Source: Vicugna vicugna (Eukaryota). From it: a DNA stretch of 64,000 nucleotides. The position numbers and the translations under genes are program-made. The stretch covers positions 4,125,462-4,189,461 of the forward strand of contig MU062811.1 of the NCBI GenBank assembly GCA_013265495.1, given 5' to 3'. Positions 1 to 15,872 of this stretch are shown here, piece by piece (position 1 is the stretch's first letter; each line of letters begins with the position of its first letter). The notes below the pieces were generated by a model. It had not been told where the DNA came from. It worked only from the letters and a program-made list of their open reading frames with translations, and made no database searches.

Positions 1-581
1 AACAGTACGGGAATTTAGAGTCAGACAGACCCAATGCCAATCCCAGGACTTGTTAAATCTCTGAACTTCAACAGTCCCACATATAAAATTAGGATAGTAT
101 CGCCTAGCTCATACATTTCAATGATTGATGATTAAATGAGATGACGGAGGAAAACGAAAGGCACAAAGTGGGTGCATTAACTCCATCCTGTCAATTAAGG
201 GGTTGGCTGCAAGCGAGACACAGACTGAAGCAGCACAGCCCAAGCTCCGGCCCAAGACTTAATGATACAAAGACAGAAAAGCTGTAGGCTCGCGGAGGGG
301 TGCGGACAAGTGGCGTTGAACTCAATTCCTTTGCATAAAACACTCTTATCCCAAGATTAGCCAGAATTAAAGGTCTGTCTTCTCCTCAGTCCCAGGTACA
401 CCTCCCTTTCGCTGCGCAGCAAACGTTTCCCGGGGCTGACTCTAAGCATCCACCCACGGATTGCGCCTTCCCTACTCTCTGGCACGTGGGTTAGATCCTA
501 GGCAACGCTACTTTCCGCCCCTAGCAACCGCTCACCTGTTATTCTCTTCCTATAGGCCAGCAAATTTCCTTTCTTTTTCTT

Positions 582-625
582 ATTGGTCCGCGTAACTCTA
601 TTTCTACCAATCAGTAGCAGCCACG
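582..625 (+). promoter_or_regulatory. ER-stress module upstream of SYVN1: UPRE-II (ATTGG-T-CCGCGT, 582-593) and ERSE (CCAAT-N9-CCACG, 607-625)
   Basis: Both motifs are read directly: attggtccgcgt and ccaat-cagtagcag-ccacg with an exact 9-nt spacer. They lie about 500 bp upstream of exon 1 of SYVN1, a known UPR target. Confidence 0.85.
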
Positions 626-1090
626 GGGACCCAACTCACTCCCACACTATTTAGGGGGTGATCAAGGAGGAGACAAAATTTTCTTTTCTAAACCCAGTTC
701 TCTTAGAAAGCATCTTATTTGTCGAACTGTTGTGAACCTCATTGTAATGAATTTCTAACACATTTTATTTCTCTTATGTCTGTAAGTCCTTCCCTTGCAT
801 ACTCCCCCCTCCAAATGGTACGGCCCGCACGAAGCCCCACCTACCAGCCACTTTGGGAGCGGAATGTCTCTGCTAGGTTGAGTCCACGCCGCGGCGAAGA
901 CGATACCATCTGTGACTAACAAGTAGGGGGACTGTAACCCTCTCGGGGTAGCTGTCGTCAGCTCAGACCTCTCGCATCTGTTGCTCTAGCCGTGGGCACG
1001 AACCCCAGATGGGTGGTGGAACTACCGCTCCCGGCACCACAGAGAGCGCGCTGTGCTGGCAAGGGAAGGGTGCACTTGGTACGACCCACA

Positions 1091-1219
1091 GCCCCGCCCC
1101 CGCCGGAAGTGAGGTGTCTCACTCCCGAAGTTCCGGTTCGCAGTGGGTGGGGAGTGTTGTTAACCGGAGCCGCCTCCGCAATCGCGGGGATAGAGCGGGC
1201 TCGCGGCGCTGGGCTCCTG
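1091..1219 (+). promoter_or_regulatory. SYVN1: SYVN1 core promoter and non-coding exon 1 (GC box 1091-1100, ETS/GABP site GCCGGAAGTGA 1102-1112, donor after 1219)
   Basis: Motifs are seen in a CpG-rich region (about 800-1700). Donor CTG|GTGAGT at 1219/1220. Confidence 0.75.
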
Positions 1220-2079
1220 GTGAGTGGGCCGGGGTCGGGCCCGGGTTGCGGTTGGAGTCAGGACTTGGACCTTTTCCCTTGAGGTCTCCAGGGTCGGCGC
1301 GCTCCCTCAGCCCCGCTGCCCGCTTTTGGCCTGTCAGCTGGCGATAGACAGGCGCCCGCGCGGCCGCTCTCCTACAGGCTGGGCCCCGCCTGCGACGCTC
1401 GCAGCTCCTGGCGCTTTTAAGTGCGTAGCCTCGGGGGCGACCTGGGTCCCTCTTCGACCCGCTCCTGCATCCGGGGTGGTCGGCCGTTTGTCCGGTGTCC
1501 CTAGTTGACACTGCCCCAGGGGTTGACGGGTGCCAGGGTTCCAGGTTGACGTTCCCCGCCCTCTCCCGCGGGGCGCGCGTCGGAGCTGCCCACCCTGGCA
1601 GAGCTGTCACCGGTGCTGTCGCCTGCCCGGCTGCGCCCCCCAGCGCCTTAGCTTCTCCCAGTCCAGGCCGCACGTTCCCGCTTCTGGAGATTTCTGCGTT
1701 TGCATCCCACTCCGTCACATCACTTTAGGGTCAGTGGGAGCAGTTCCCTCCTCCTCCCACACTGCTGCCTTTCCTCATTCTTCCCTAGAGGCGGCGGTTT
1801 GGCAGGCCGCGTGGAAAGAGCCCTAGATTTGAAACCAGACTGACCCAGGCTCCAGGCCTTGCGTCAGTGTGATCACTTAACCCCTTTGAGTCTCGGTCTT
1901 ATTTGTAAAATGGGGAGCATATGCTATTCCTAATGCGGTGATGGTGAGGATGAAGTGAGGTTTGCTTTTCTTTCCGTTTATTATTAACACTGCGTTTCAG
2001 GCTCTGTGCTGTTTGCACAGTATGGGCATCGCACAGTTCTTTCCTTTCCTTTCCTCATGCAGGTCCCCAGGCCAGGGCA

Positions 2080-5000
2080 ATGTTCCGNNNNNNNNNNNNN
2101 NNNNNNNNNNNNNNNNNNNNNNNNNNNNNNNNNNNNNNNNNNNNNNNNNNNNNNNNNNNNNNNNNNNNNNNNNNNNNNNNNNNNNNNNNNNNNNNNNNNN
2201 NNNNNNNNNNNNNNNNNNNNNNNNNNNNNNNNNNNNNNNNNNNNNNNNNNNNNNNNNNNNNNNNNNNTGAGACAGGGGTGGGGCTAGAGGTCAGGTAAGT
2301 AGGAGAAAAGTGAGGTAGCTGCCAGTCTTACCTGAGTAAATTGTGATGGGGATGTGGAGAGATTCCTGAATGATGAGCCCCAGGCAGAGCAAAGCAGAAA
2401 GCGACCTCAGACCATAGCCTCTCCTCACTCCTAGGTCCTGTACATCCAGGCCTTCGTCCTTGTCTTCCTCTTGGGCAAGGTGATGGGCAAGGTGTTCTTT
2501 GGGCAGCTGAGGGCAGCAGAGATGGAGGTAAGATGTTCCTGGCCCCAAAGGTGAGGGGTAGGGAGCTGGGCAAGCAGAACGTCTGAGTTCCACATCGTTC
2601 CTTGCCCCCCATGCCAGCATCTTCTGGAACGTTCCTGGTATGCTGTCACTGAGACTTGTCTGGCCTTCACGGTCTTTCGGGACGACTTCAGCCCCCGCTT
2701 TGTTGCGCTCTTCACTCTCCTCCTCTTCCTCAAGTGTTTTCACTGGCTGGCTGAGGATCGTGTGGACTTTGTGAGTTGGGTCAGGGTTCTCTGGAGCACA
2801 TGGAGTGGCCGGAATGGCTAGTGGGCTGGCTTGTGGGGTGAAGGCTGGGTTGGGGATGTGGGGTGATCCCCAGCCTTCCTGATGGGCTCCCTCTCTGCTC
2901 TACCTCAGATGGAACGCAGCCCCAATATCTCTTGGCTCTTTCACTGCCGCATTGTCTGTGAGTGAGACCCATGGGAGTGGAAAGGAGGGAGCTGGAGGGA
3001 GAAGAGGCACCTTGAAGGACTGGAACCTGAAAAGTCACTAACCATGGACCTGTACCGTAGAGCACAGGCTGCCCCTCGGCCCGCAGCTGTACAGGAAAGA
3101 TAATTTAGGAAGTTAATTTGCATCGTCTCTGCCCTGTTCCACGCCAGGGCTTCTCAACTGCCTGGCCCCTTAGCTCTTTGCCTCCTCACCTGGAGCTTGG
3201 GCTGCCCCTAGGCAGAACTGGAGTTCCCAGGGGGCCGGGTTCAATGGAGTGTGCCCACCTGACTAGATGGCTGGGGCCATGGTGGGCTTGAGGGTGGGAG
3301 CTGCCTTAGAGCAGGAAGTGGCTGTCAGGCCCTGGGCTGACCCCCACCAACCTCCCATTTGGGGGGTCCCCACAGCCCTTANNNNNNNNNNNNNNNNNNN
3401 NNNNNNNNNNNNNNNNNNNNNNNNNNNNNNNNNNNNNNNNNNNNNNNNNNNNNNNNNNNNNNNNNNNNNNNNNNNNNNNNNNNNNNNNNNNNNNNNNNNN
3501 NNNNNNNNNNNNNTGAGGTGGCACTGCATGTGCCTTGAATAACTCAACAAACCTTTATCGAGTACCTGCTCTGTGGCCAGCCCCATGTGGGCCACCAAGG
3601 AGCAGCCATCAGTCAGCCCCAGCCCCTGCCCTCTACACACTCACTGCTAGGACAGTAGGCAGGCATAGAAAGAAGCGTGTGTGGAGGAGGAGCACTGACC
3701 TCAGGGAAGGCTTCCTGGAAGTTGCTGCCAGAGGAGCTGGCCATTGATGGACAGAAGGAATTAGCTTGATGGACAGCTGGGGAGGTGTGTCCCTGGCAGA
3801 GAAAGAACATGTTCATTGGCAACAGCTCACGTTTGTTGAGTGCTTACTGTGTGCCAGGCCCTGGGCTGAGCACTTGACCTATATCTCTTTTAAAATCAGC
3901 AAAGCAACACTGTTATAAAGGAACAGTTAATTCTGACAAGCAAACTGAGGTTCAGAGAGGTCAGTATGTGGCTGAATGTCACACCAGCAAGTGAGTGGAA
4001 AACCTAGGAGTACCTGGGCTGTGTCCCAGCCTGTGCTTATACCACTGCACTCTGCTGTGCACAGGCCTGGGGACAGCAGAGTGTGGCTGGAGCAAGCGGG
4101 CTGCGTTCTCATGTCCTCCCATCCCACCCCCTCCCTCCAGTATGCCATCCTGATGACTATGGTGCTCACCATTTTCATCAAGTACGTGCTGCACTCCGTG
4201 GACCTCCAGAGTGAGAATCCTTGGGACAATAAGGCCGTGTACATGCTCTATACGGAGCTCTTTACAGGTGAGAGGAGCCTGGACCTCTCCTGACCTGGAC
4301 CAGTGTCCCCAGCCCCAGGTCCTACCAGGTCCTATGACCTGCTGCTTTCTGCATCCCCTGCCCCACAGGGTTCATCAAGGTTCTGCTGTACATGGCTTTC
4401 ATGACCATCATGATCAAGGTGCACACTTTCCCTCTCTTTGCCATCCGGCCTATGTACCTGGCCATGAGGTGAGCCTACTCCTGCCCTGCCACACCTATGA
4501 CCCCTCCCCTCCCTCTCCCTGCTTCTACTGAAACTGTCCTTTCAGGCAGTTCAAGAAAGCTGTGACAGACGCCATTATGTCTCGCCGAGCCATCCGCAAC
4601 ATGAACACACTGTAAGTGGGCCTGTCCTAGCTGCTCTCCCAGGCTCTGCCCCAGTGCCCTGCCTTCAGCTCTGGTCTCGATGTGTCCTCGGCCTGTCCTA
4701 ACCAGGTATCCAGATGCCACCCCAGAGGAACTCCAGGCAATGGACAACGTCTGCATCATCTGCCGAGAAGAGATGGTGACTGGTGCCAAGAGACTGCCCT
4801 GCAACCACATTTTCCATACCAGGTGGGAGATGCCCTGAGGAGCCTGCATGTCAGAGGAGAGGCTCTGGAAGGCAGACCTGCTAAGCATTGCCTGGTCTTG
4901 GCCCCCAGCTGCCTGCGCTCCTGGTTCCAGCGGCAGCAGACCTGCCCCACCTGCCGTATGGACGTCCTCCGGGCATCGCTGCCGACCCAGTCACCACCGC

Positions 5001-7203
5001 CCCCTGAACCTGCAGATCAGGGGCCACCACAGGCTCCCCAGCCCCCACCACTCCTGCCCCAGCCCCCCAACTGTGAGTGGCCCCCTCATTTGGCCATCCA
5101 GCACAACACTGTTGAGTACTTGCCCTGGGCTGGGTATGGGAAATACTAAGGTGAATCAGAGTCCCTGCCTTCTAGAAGCTCAGTCTGCCGGGGGTGGGTG
5201 GGGGATGTCACAGGAAGAGACAGATGATTGCAGTCATGTGTGGTGAGTGCTGAGCTCAAAGAGGGCCTGCAGGAGGAGAGGCCCGAGCCCCATCAACTAG
5301 TCCCTTCCTATGATTTGGATCTAACTCAGTCTGGACCTTTTCTTACCACCCCGTCCTCTCTCTGCAGTCCCCCAGGGCCTCCTGCCTCCCTTTCCTCCAG
5401 GCATGTTCCCGCTGTGGCCCCCCATGGGCCCCTTTCCTCCTGTCCCACCTCCCCCGAGCTCAGGAGAGGCAGGGGCCCCTCCGTCCACCAGCACAGGTGA
5501 GCCTTTTGGGTATTGTGCCGGCCCCAGGGGGTGGGAGGGATGGAAGCAGAGGCCCCTCAACGCTTACTGACTTCCTGTTCTTGCTCTTCAGCAGCCCTTT
5601 CTCGGCCCAGTGGAGCAGCCACAACCACAGCTGCTTCTGCTGCCTCTGCCCCGGCACCTGGCTCTGCCTCCACCCCTGAAGCCAGCCCCGCCCCAGGCTT
5701 CCCCTTCCCTCCTCCCTGGATGGGCATGCCTCTGCCTCCACCCTTTGGTAAGCTGGGCCACTCTCGAGGTTCTTTTGGGAGGTGGGGGGATGTCGGGCCC
5801 AGGCAACCCAGGCTGAGCTGCTCCCTCTCTCCAGCCTTCCCCCCAATGCCTGTGCCTCCTGCCGGCTTTGCTGGGCTGACCCCGGACGAGCTGCGGGCTC
5901 TGGAAGGCCATGAGCGGCAACACCTGGAGGCTCGCCTACAGAGCCTGCGCAACATCCACACGCTGCTGGATGCCGCTATGCTGCAGATCAACCAGTACCT
6001 CACCGTGCTTGCCTCCCTGGGGTACGTCTGCACAGGGGCCTAGGGTGGGCAACGGGGGTGTGGAGCTGCCAAGAGAAGGCCCCTGGCAGTGGTTCTTGGC
6101 CTTTTTCTCTTCTGCCACCCTATGACATCTGTTGATCCAGGCATCCTATCTGTAGGTACAGCCAAGGTGTCAGTGTTCCTGTGCTTTTTTATTCTCCCAC
6201 TGCAGAAGGGCAATCTGCACCTAAGGAGGAGTGGTGTTTATTAGAGAGCTGACTTTGAATCTTTTTCCTTTATGTTCTTCTAAAGTCAAATGACTTATAA
6301 TTCTCAGTACTTTTATCTCATGCACCCTCTGACACAGGATAACACTTTGGGAATCACTGCCCCGATCTAGTAAGATAGCAAGTCAAGTCACTTAGAGCCA
6401 GCCTGATCCGAGTTCAAGTCCTGGCCCCATCACTCACTTGCTTTGTGACCTTCACTACCTTATTCGAATAGAGTTCTAATTCCTGTTCATAGGTGATGTG
6501 TGCAAAGTGCCTGGCACCCAGCAGTCACAGCTCAGGCTTGGAGGGGAGCTTGAGCCTGAGACTTGTGTGCTTTGTGTTTTATTCAGTGGACTGTCTTACT
6601 TGAGTTGATACCCTGTAAGGTGCCTGGCATCTCATAGTGGAGACTCTACAGTGTAATGGTGAACAAGGCCAACAGGCCCTGCCTATAAGTGGGTTACAAT
6701 CCGTCTATAGAATAACAAGAATTCATACACGTGTTTCTTTGTCTGCTGGTCACTGGGGCTGCAGAGGCACAATAGTGCTGTACTCCATCCTGCAAGGCTC
6801 ACCAAGGGCAGAGTCTGTCCAGTCATGCCAGGATGCCAAGGCCCTCCTCTTGTCCATTCTCTTCCTAGGCCCCCCAGGCCTGCCACCTCAGCCAACCCCA
6901 CTGAGGAGACTGCCCCTACAGCTGCCACTGCTGCCTCGTCCACCAGCATCCCCAGCTCTGAGGCCACCACCCCGTCCCCAGGAGCCTCCCCACCAGCCCC
7001 TGAACCTGAAAAGCCTCCAGGTAGTTGCGGTCACCCTGCAGGGGGGTATGGCAGGGGACTTTTCCAGGTTCCACTTCTGGACCTTTCTGTTCTCAGCTCC
7101 TGAGTCAGTGGGCACTGAGGAGCTGCCTGAGGACGGGGAGCCTGATGCAGCAGAGCTCCGTCGCCGTCGCCTACAAAAGCTGGAGTCCCCTGTTGCCCAC
7201 TGA
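2080..7203 (+). CDS. SYVN1: E3 ubiquitin ligase synoviolin/HRD1 (ERAD; multi-TM, RING-H2, Pro-rich tail)
   Basis: Coding exons: 2080-(gap), 2435-2527, 2618-2770, 2909-2957, 3376-(gap)-3517, 4141-4267, 4369-4468, 4546-4611, 4706-4822, 4909-5072, 5368-5496, 5592/5595-5747, 5835-6021, 6869-7020, 7097-7203. All visible junctions are GT-AG. Translation includes CIICREEM...LPCNHIFH..CLRSWFQRQQTCPTCR and ends RRRRLQKLESPVAH*. Confidence 0.98.
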
Positions 7204-8284
7204 CACTGCCCCAGTCCTGGCTCCTGCCCTCACTCTCTTGAGCAGCCCTTGCTGGAACACGTCCTGCCACCAAGTGCCAGCTCCCTAAGTCTGCACCAGG
7301 GAGTAGTAACCCCCAGCTCTGAGACAGAGGAGGTGGCACCCCCTAGACCAAGTGGAAAGAGGCCTGAGGCCCCAGCTGACTCCAGCCCTTACAGTCCTGG
7401 GCAGCCATGGGGATCTTGGGTCAGTTCCAGCTGCCTTCTCCAACCCTTCAGCCCTATGTTCTGCTGGGGCCATGAAGGCAGAAAGGGGCAGCCTCTGAGC
7501 TTTCTGACCCCCTACTACTTTCTGGGAGAAGGGGGAGCCCCTCTGAGCCCCGCTTGTGTGTGGAATCACGCTGCAGTGCCGAACAGTATTAGCTCCTGTT
7601 CCCAGCTGTGGACTCAAGGGGCTGGAGGTAGGCTAGAAATTTGCTTTCTGGCCTACCCACCAAAACCAATGTCTTTCTCTTACCTTATAGTCCCCAGTTG
7701 CCCTTTGTGGTGGTGGCTGTGCCCCTTGTGCCCTGTGGCATTTCCATGTCTTACTGGTAACCACACAACTCAGGGAAAAGAGTGCCCGGGGGCGGAGGAG
7801 CAGGTGGGCAGCACCAAGGGGCCCTGCTCTGCCCCTCCCCCCCAGGCCCTTCTCTCCCTGCAGTTTGTCGGAGGTGAGATTGTCCCTGGTCTTGCCCAGC
7901 AGCCACTGTGCAGCCACACTCCAGGCTGAGGGCTCGTGTGTCTGCTGCTGAACACTGCAAGCCCTGGCACCTACAGAAGGCCACTTCTTAACTTACAGAA
8001 CTTTTCTTGAGTTTAGAAGAATTCCTTCCTCTATTGTCTTTTGGCTTAAATTTTGAATTTGAATGCTTGACCCCAGAAACAGGGAGCAGCAGTGCCGAAC
8101 TCCTGGCCTTTCCAGTTTAGAAAAGGCTCTGGGCCAGGTAGGGACCACAGGAGCTGAGGCCTTGCCTGCCCATCTTTTCTCCCTTGGTTTTGTGTTACAG
8201 GAGTTGCTGGAGACAGTTTTGAGATGATTATTTAATTTGTAAATATTGTACAAATTTTAATAGCTTAAATTGTATATACAGCCA

Positions 8285-8290
8285 AATAAA
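8285..8290 (+). terminator. SYVN1 polyadenylation signal AATAAA
   Basis: AATAAA at the end of an AT-rich 3' UTR segment, about 1.1 kb after the stop codon. Confidence 0.8.
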
Positions 8291-8401
8291 AACTTGCATT
8301 AATGACTGGTGAAACTGGTGTGGTAGAATCAGTGTGCCGGGCTCCTTTTCCTTACTCAGGCTGTAAACTTGAGAGTGGCCTGGAATCTCCAGGAGTGAGG
8401 G

Positions 8402-8407
8402 TTTATT
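8402..8407 (-). terminator. Probable MRPL49 polyadenylation signal (AATAAA on minus strand)
   Basis: TTTATT on the plus strand, about 1.07 kb past the MRPL49 stop codon. Confidence 0.6.
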
Positions 8408-9475
8408 TATACAAGCCAGCGCTGTCCTTGGGGACACTTGAATATTATGGTATTAGGAAGATACACCCATTTTACATATTAAGAAACTGAACCCCAGAAA
8501 GATTAAGTACCCTGCTTAGGGGAGTCAGGCTCTGAACCCCCTTCTAGCCAGTTTGATGTTAAGGTAGGATGGGAACTCAGGCCTTTGGCCCTTGAGACTC
8601 CAAGGATGGGGCAAGTATGAAGGTTCCTAGGCTGCGGTGGGATGGGATGGCACAGACAAAAGGACATTTCTTCCTGCCTGCAACCCCCCGTCCAGCCTTG
8701 ATACTAGGTCAGCAAGCTGGGAAGGATGGCCCTGTGCTGGGCTGCTAGCTCTCAAGCACCCTCTTGTGGGTAGGCCAGCTAAAGCTAATCACTTAGATTC
8801 CTGGAGCTGGAAACCCAGTCAGGCCCCACTCCAGTCTGGAATGGAATAGAGATGACTGGCCTTTCAACTTCTCCATGGGTAGAAGCAACAAGCCCAGGGG
8901 CTGCCATGCCCAGCACTGCACTTGGAACTGAAGACGTCCAGGACCCAAGTCTGAGTCATCTTGTGTTTGCTGTAGCCTCTACCAAGCAAGGTCTGACCTA
9001 GAGCAAGGGTTCAGGGATTTTTGCAGCAGTGAGGGTCTGAGGGCCAATGAAGGATGTGCCAACAGGTCTGCCCTGTGCTACCCTCCCATAAACTGGGTTT
9101 GGCTATTGCTTCCACCAGAGGAGCAGTCAACAGCCTCTAAAATTGAAATGCTGAGTCTAAGGAGCTCCAATGAAAGGAAAGCAGGACTACACCAAAGTGT
9201 GCATGTGGTGGTGGTGGGGGGGGTGCAGCAATTAATGCCCCCCACTAGCTTGGCTGTGCCTGGTGGGTCCCCTGGGTTAGACAGCCCTCTCCCAGTGCTG
9301 GCATCTATGCAGAGTCCCATTTCCTCCTTTATGCAAGCGAGGCCGGCTCCAAAGCCCTCAGCCCTGGTCTCTGCACCCGCTGTCCTAGTTGCTCCAACAC
9401 CCACCTCCCTCCTCTTGAGATCCCCAGGACTCCAGTCTGAGGGGGATGCTGTCTTGCAGGATGTTCAGCTGGGCT

Positions 9476-11918
<2,443 letters not shown>

Positions 11919-11926
<8 letters not shown>

Positions 11927-12196
11927 CTTGAACTGCTCCAGCACACTAGCTTTCTGCGAGCGCAACCCGCCTGGTCCCACCCCTTCCTGTTCGCACTGCC
12001 TGGGACCGAGAGGGCGCCTGCGTAAAGCATAAAGAGGCGGGGCCAGGGCGGCCGTAGGTAGCACAAAATTCCGAGGCCTTGGAGGTCGCTCAGTAGTGAC
12101 GTAGCACGCCGCAGGCGGAGAGGACGTTTGCGCTCTCGTTCCTTCCTCTTTCTCGACTCCATCTTTGCGGTAGCGGCACTGGTGGCTACGGTTCAG
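11919..12196. promoter_or_regulatory. Bidirectional CpG-island promoter MRPL49/FAU, including FAU non-coding exon 1 with 5' TOP tract
   Basis: The MRPL49 ATG (11926) is about 215 bp from the FAU pyrimidine tract (TTCCTCTTTCTC, about 12142-12153). CRE-like TGACGT near 12097. FAU exon 1 donor CAG|GTAAG at 12196. Confidence 0.85.
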
Positions 12197-12460
12197 GTAA
12201 GATATGGGCCATGGCTGGAGCCGGAGGGCTTAATAGCAGGCTGAGCTCGAGGTTGGAGGGCGTGTGAAGAATAGAGGAAAAAGGCTGCTCTGTGGGCCGG
12301 TCCGGTCCCCATCGGACTTCTCTGGCAGGCTCGGCCTTACCCACGTGAGACTCCGAGACCACCTACAGTTGTCCCCGGCCCGCCACCCATTCCTGACCCC
12401 CTTTCTCCCAGAGTATTTCTTTTACAAGCCTGGTTGGTTGGTTTCTTTTCAGTCGCCAAA

Positions 12461-13555
<1,095 letters not shown>

Positions 13556-15872
13556 GTCCATTGTAATCCTGGCTTTCTCTAATAAAGCCACTTAGCCCAG
13601 TCATCTCATTGTTTCGTCTTCATTTACAGGACCTCAGGAGTGATAGGGCTTCTAGGGCTGGTGGTATGAACAGTGAGGCCTCAGTTTGGTTTCTTGGCAG
13701 TGTCCAGAGTCAGCAGCTCCTGGCAGGGGTGTGGGGGCGGGAGGTGGAAAGGTGATAACCTACACCAAAGAACTTCTTGTGCAAACTGGTAACCGCAGAT
13801 GCCAGCTCTTCCGATGTAGAGTTGGGGAAAATTCCAATTCCAAATAACTTGATAATTATCCTCCAAATATTTCTTCTTTTTATTCTTATTCTTTTAAACA
13901 GAGAAGATAGTAGGAGTCATTGTAGTGGGAAAGGTTTTATGGAGGCAGCACTAAAGGGGAGGAGACTGTAGATAGGAGATCTATCAGGGAAAGCCAGTTT
14001 GGCCTTTCCCCGAGCTTGGGACCAGCTATGGCATTAGTGGAGTCCAGACCAGGAATCTGGTCTGCCACAGCTTTAGAAAGTATTGACCGATTACATTAGT
14101 ACTGCAGTGATCTTGTTCTGATTGCCTGACTGGCCTTGCTAACCTAATCACAGGGAGGTTGGTCAGTTGCTTGTTTCAGTGTTCCCAGAAGTGGAGTTTT
14201 CTGTAGCTGATTGAAGTTCCCTCCTAGCAACACATGCATACCTATTCATTTTGCTAAAGTTTTTGAAACTGCTGGTTCTTGGAATGGAGCATAGTATGGG
14301 GTAAAGACCTTGGGCTCTAGACTTGGACAGACTTGAGTTTGGATCCTTGCTCCCATTTATTTGCTGGCTGTCTGACCTTGAGCTAACTAATCTGCCATCA
14401 TCTCTTGAGAGTTGCTGTGAGGATTAAAGGATGTAAAGTGCTTAGATCAGCACCTGCCATATAGAAAGTGCACAAATATATTGGCTATTTTTGTCTTCTG
14501 TAGTGATCTTTCCTGAAAGATACTTGCCCCTATCCCTTTTATGAGTTTAGATTCTTGTGGAGAAAGCAAGTTAACTAAATATTTACAAGTGCTATAGCCT
14601 TGAAGTAAGCAGGGTGCTGCAATGAAAGGGGGTGGGGATGGAGAGTGATACTCGGAGTATCCTAGGGAAGGTCTCTGAAGATGGGATGAAACAGGAGCCC
14701 ATCAAGTGGTGAGATGGTGGAAGAGTTCCAGCCAAGAGGACTGTATGCAAAGGTATGTGGCAGATCCTACAGGGTCTTGTCAGACATGGAGGGAAGTTGG
14801 AGTCCAAGTGCAATGTAGGGTCACCAAGTTCCAGGAAGGGTTTTAAGCAGGGCCTGATGTGATCTAACGTATGACCTAATATTTTCTCTGGCTGACTCCT
14901 GGAGGGCTGGCAAGAAAACTAGAAAACCAGTTAAGGTGAGAAACAAATAGTTCAGACCATTACTGATGGAGGGGATGTGAAAATGAGAAGGTTCATCAAA
15001 TCCATCCACGTCTTGGTAGGGAATATGTGATCCACATTGAGATAAAGACAAGGTATTTTGAAGGCAGAACTGACCAGAGGTCGGACTGGATATGAATGAG
15101 GTGAGGAACCAACGAACCATATCTTCCTTTCAGGGGTAAGCCATGGATCAAGGCTTCACAGCGTTTGGCACAGTTTGTGGGTGGATCATCACCTCCACTC
15201 TACCACAGACTGGAAGCTCTATTAGGACAGATTCCCCATCTCTGCTTTTCAGTGTATTTTCGGTGCCTAGTGTAGCATTTGAACTTTAAAGTTGGGTGGG
15301 GACATCAAGCGGGAACTCGGATTTGTGAATTTTGCTTTCTTCTGAAAAGGGGAAATGCCAACACACACCCAGTGTAGGCTAGGTACCCAACTCGGCCTTC
15401 CTTCCACTCTTCCATTTGTGTCCCCTGGTCAAATTGCTGCCGCTCTAGCGCAGGGATGCCTTCTCTCATTTGGACTTGGCAGTTAGTGGCCCAGAGTAGG
15501 TGCTTTACAATGATTGATTTCCACCACAGTACTTTATAGTGCGAAAAAGGCAGCCACTAGAGGGCGAGCTGGACGGACGGCAACTCACTTTCCCTATCTC
15601 TCGCACCGCGCGGGGCGGGGCTCCGCCAGAGCCCAGGACCCAGCACATACGCCACCACCGGCTCCTGCGCCTGCCCAAGGGAGGCTCGAGAAGGGCGGGG
15701 CTTGGCGTCCGAGTACGGCCGGAAAGTGCCGAGAGTCTTCGGAGAGCGTTGACTAAGCGCTAGGTAGGCCCCAAAGAGGCGGAAGTAGCCAAGAAGCGCC
15801 GGAAGTGTTGGACTTACGGCGGGTGTGCGTTCGCGGAGGGCGTGCGGCGTGCCGCGTTCGGCGCCAGTTGCC

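Noticed and set aside
7249-7929. 226-aa ORF after the SYVN1 stop
   Set aside because: It lies in the GC-rich 3' UTR, has no recognisable domain and no separate promoter or splice support; probably a chance ORF.
15825-15872. 16-aa N-terminal extension of ZNHIT2 in the ORF track
   Set aside because: It starts at a non-ATG codon. The ATG at 15873 has good Kozak context and matches the known N-terminus MEPAGPCGFC.
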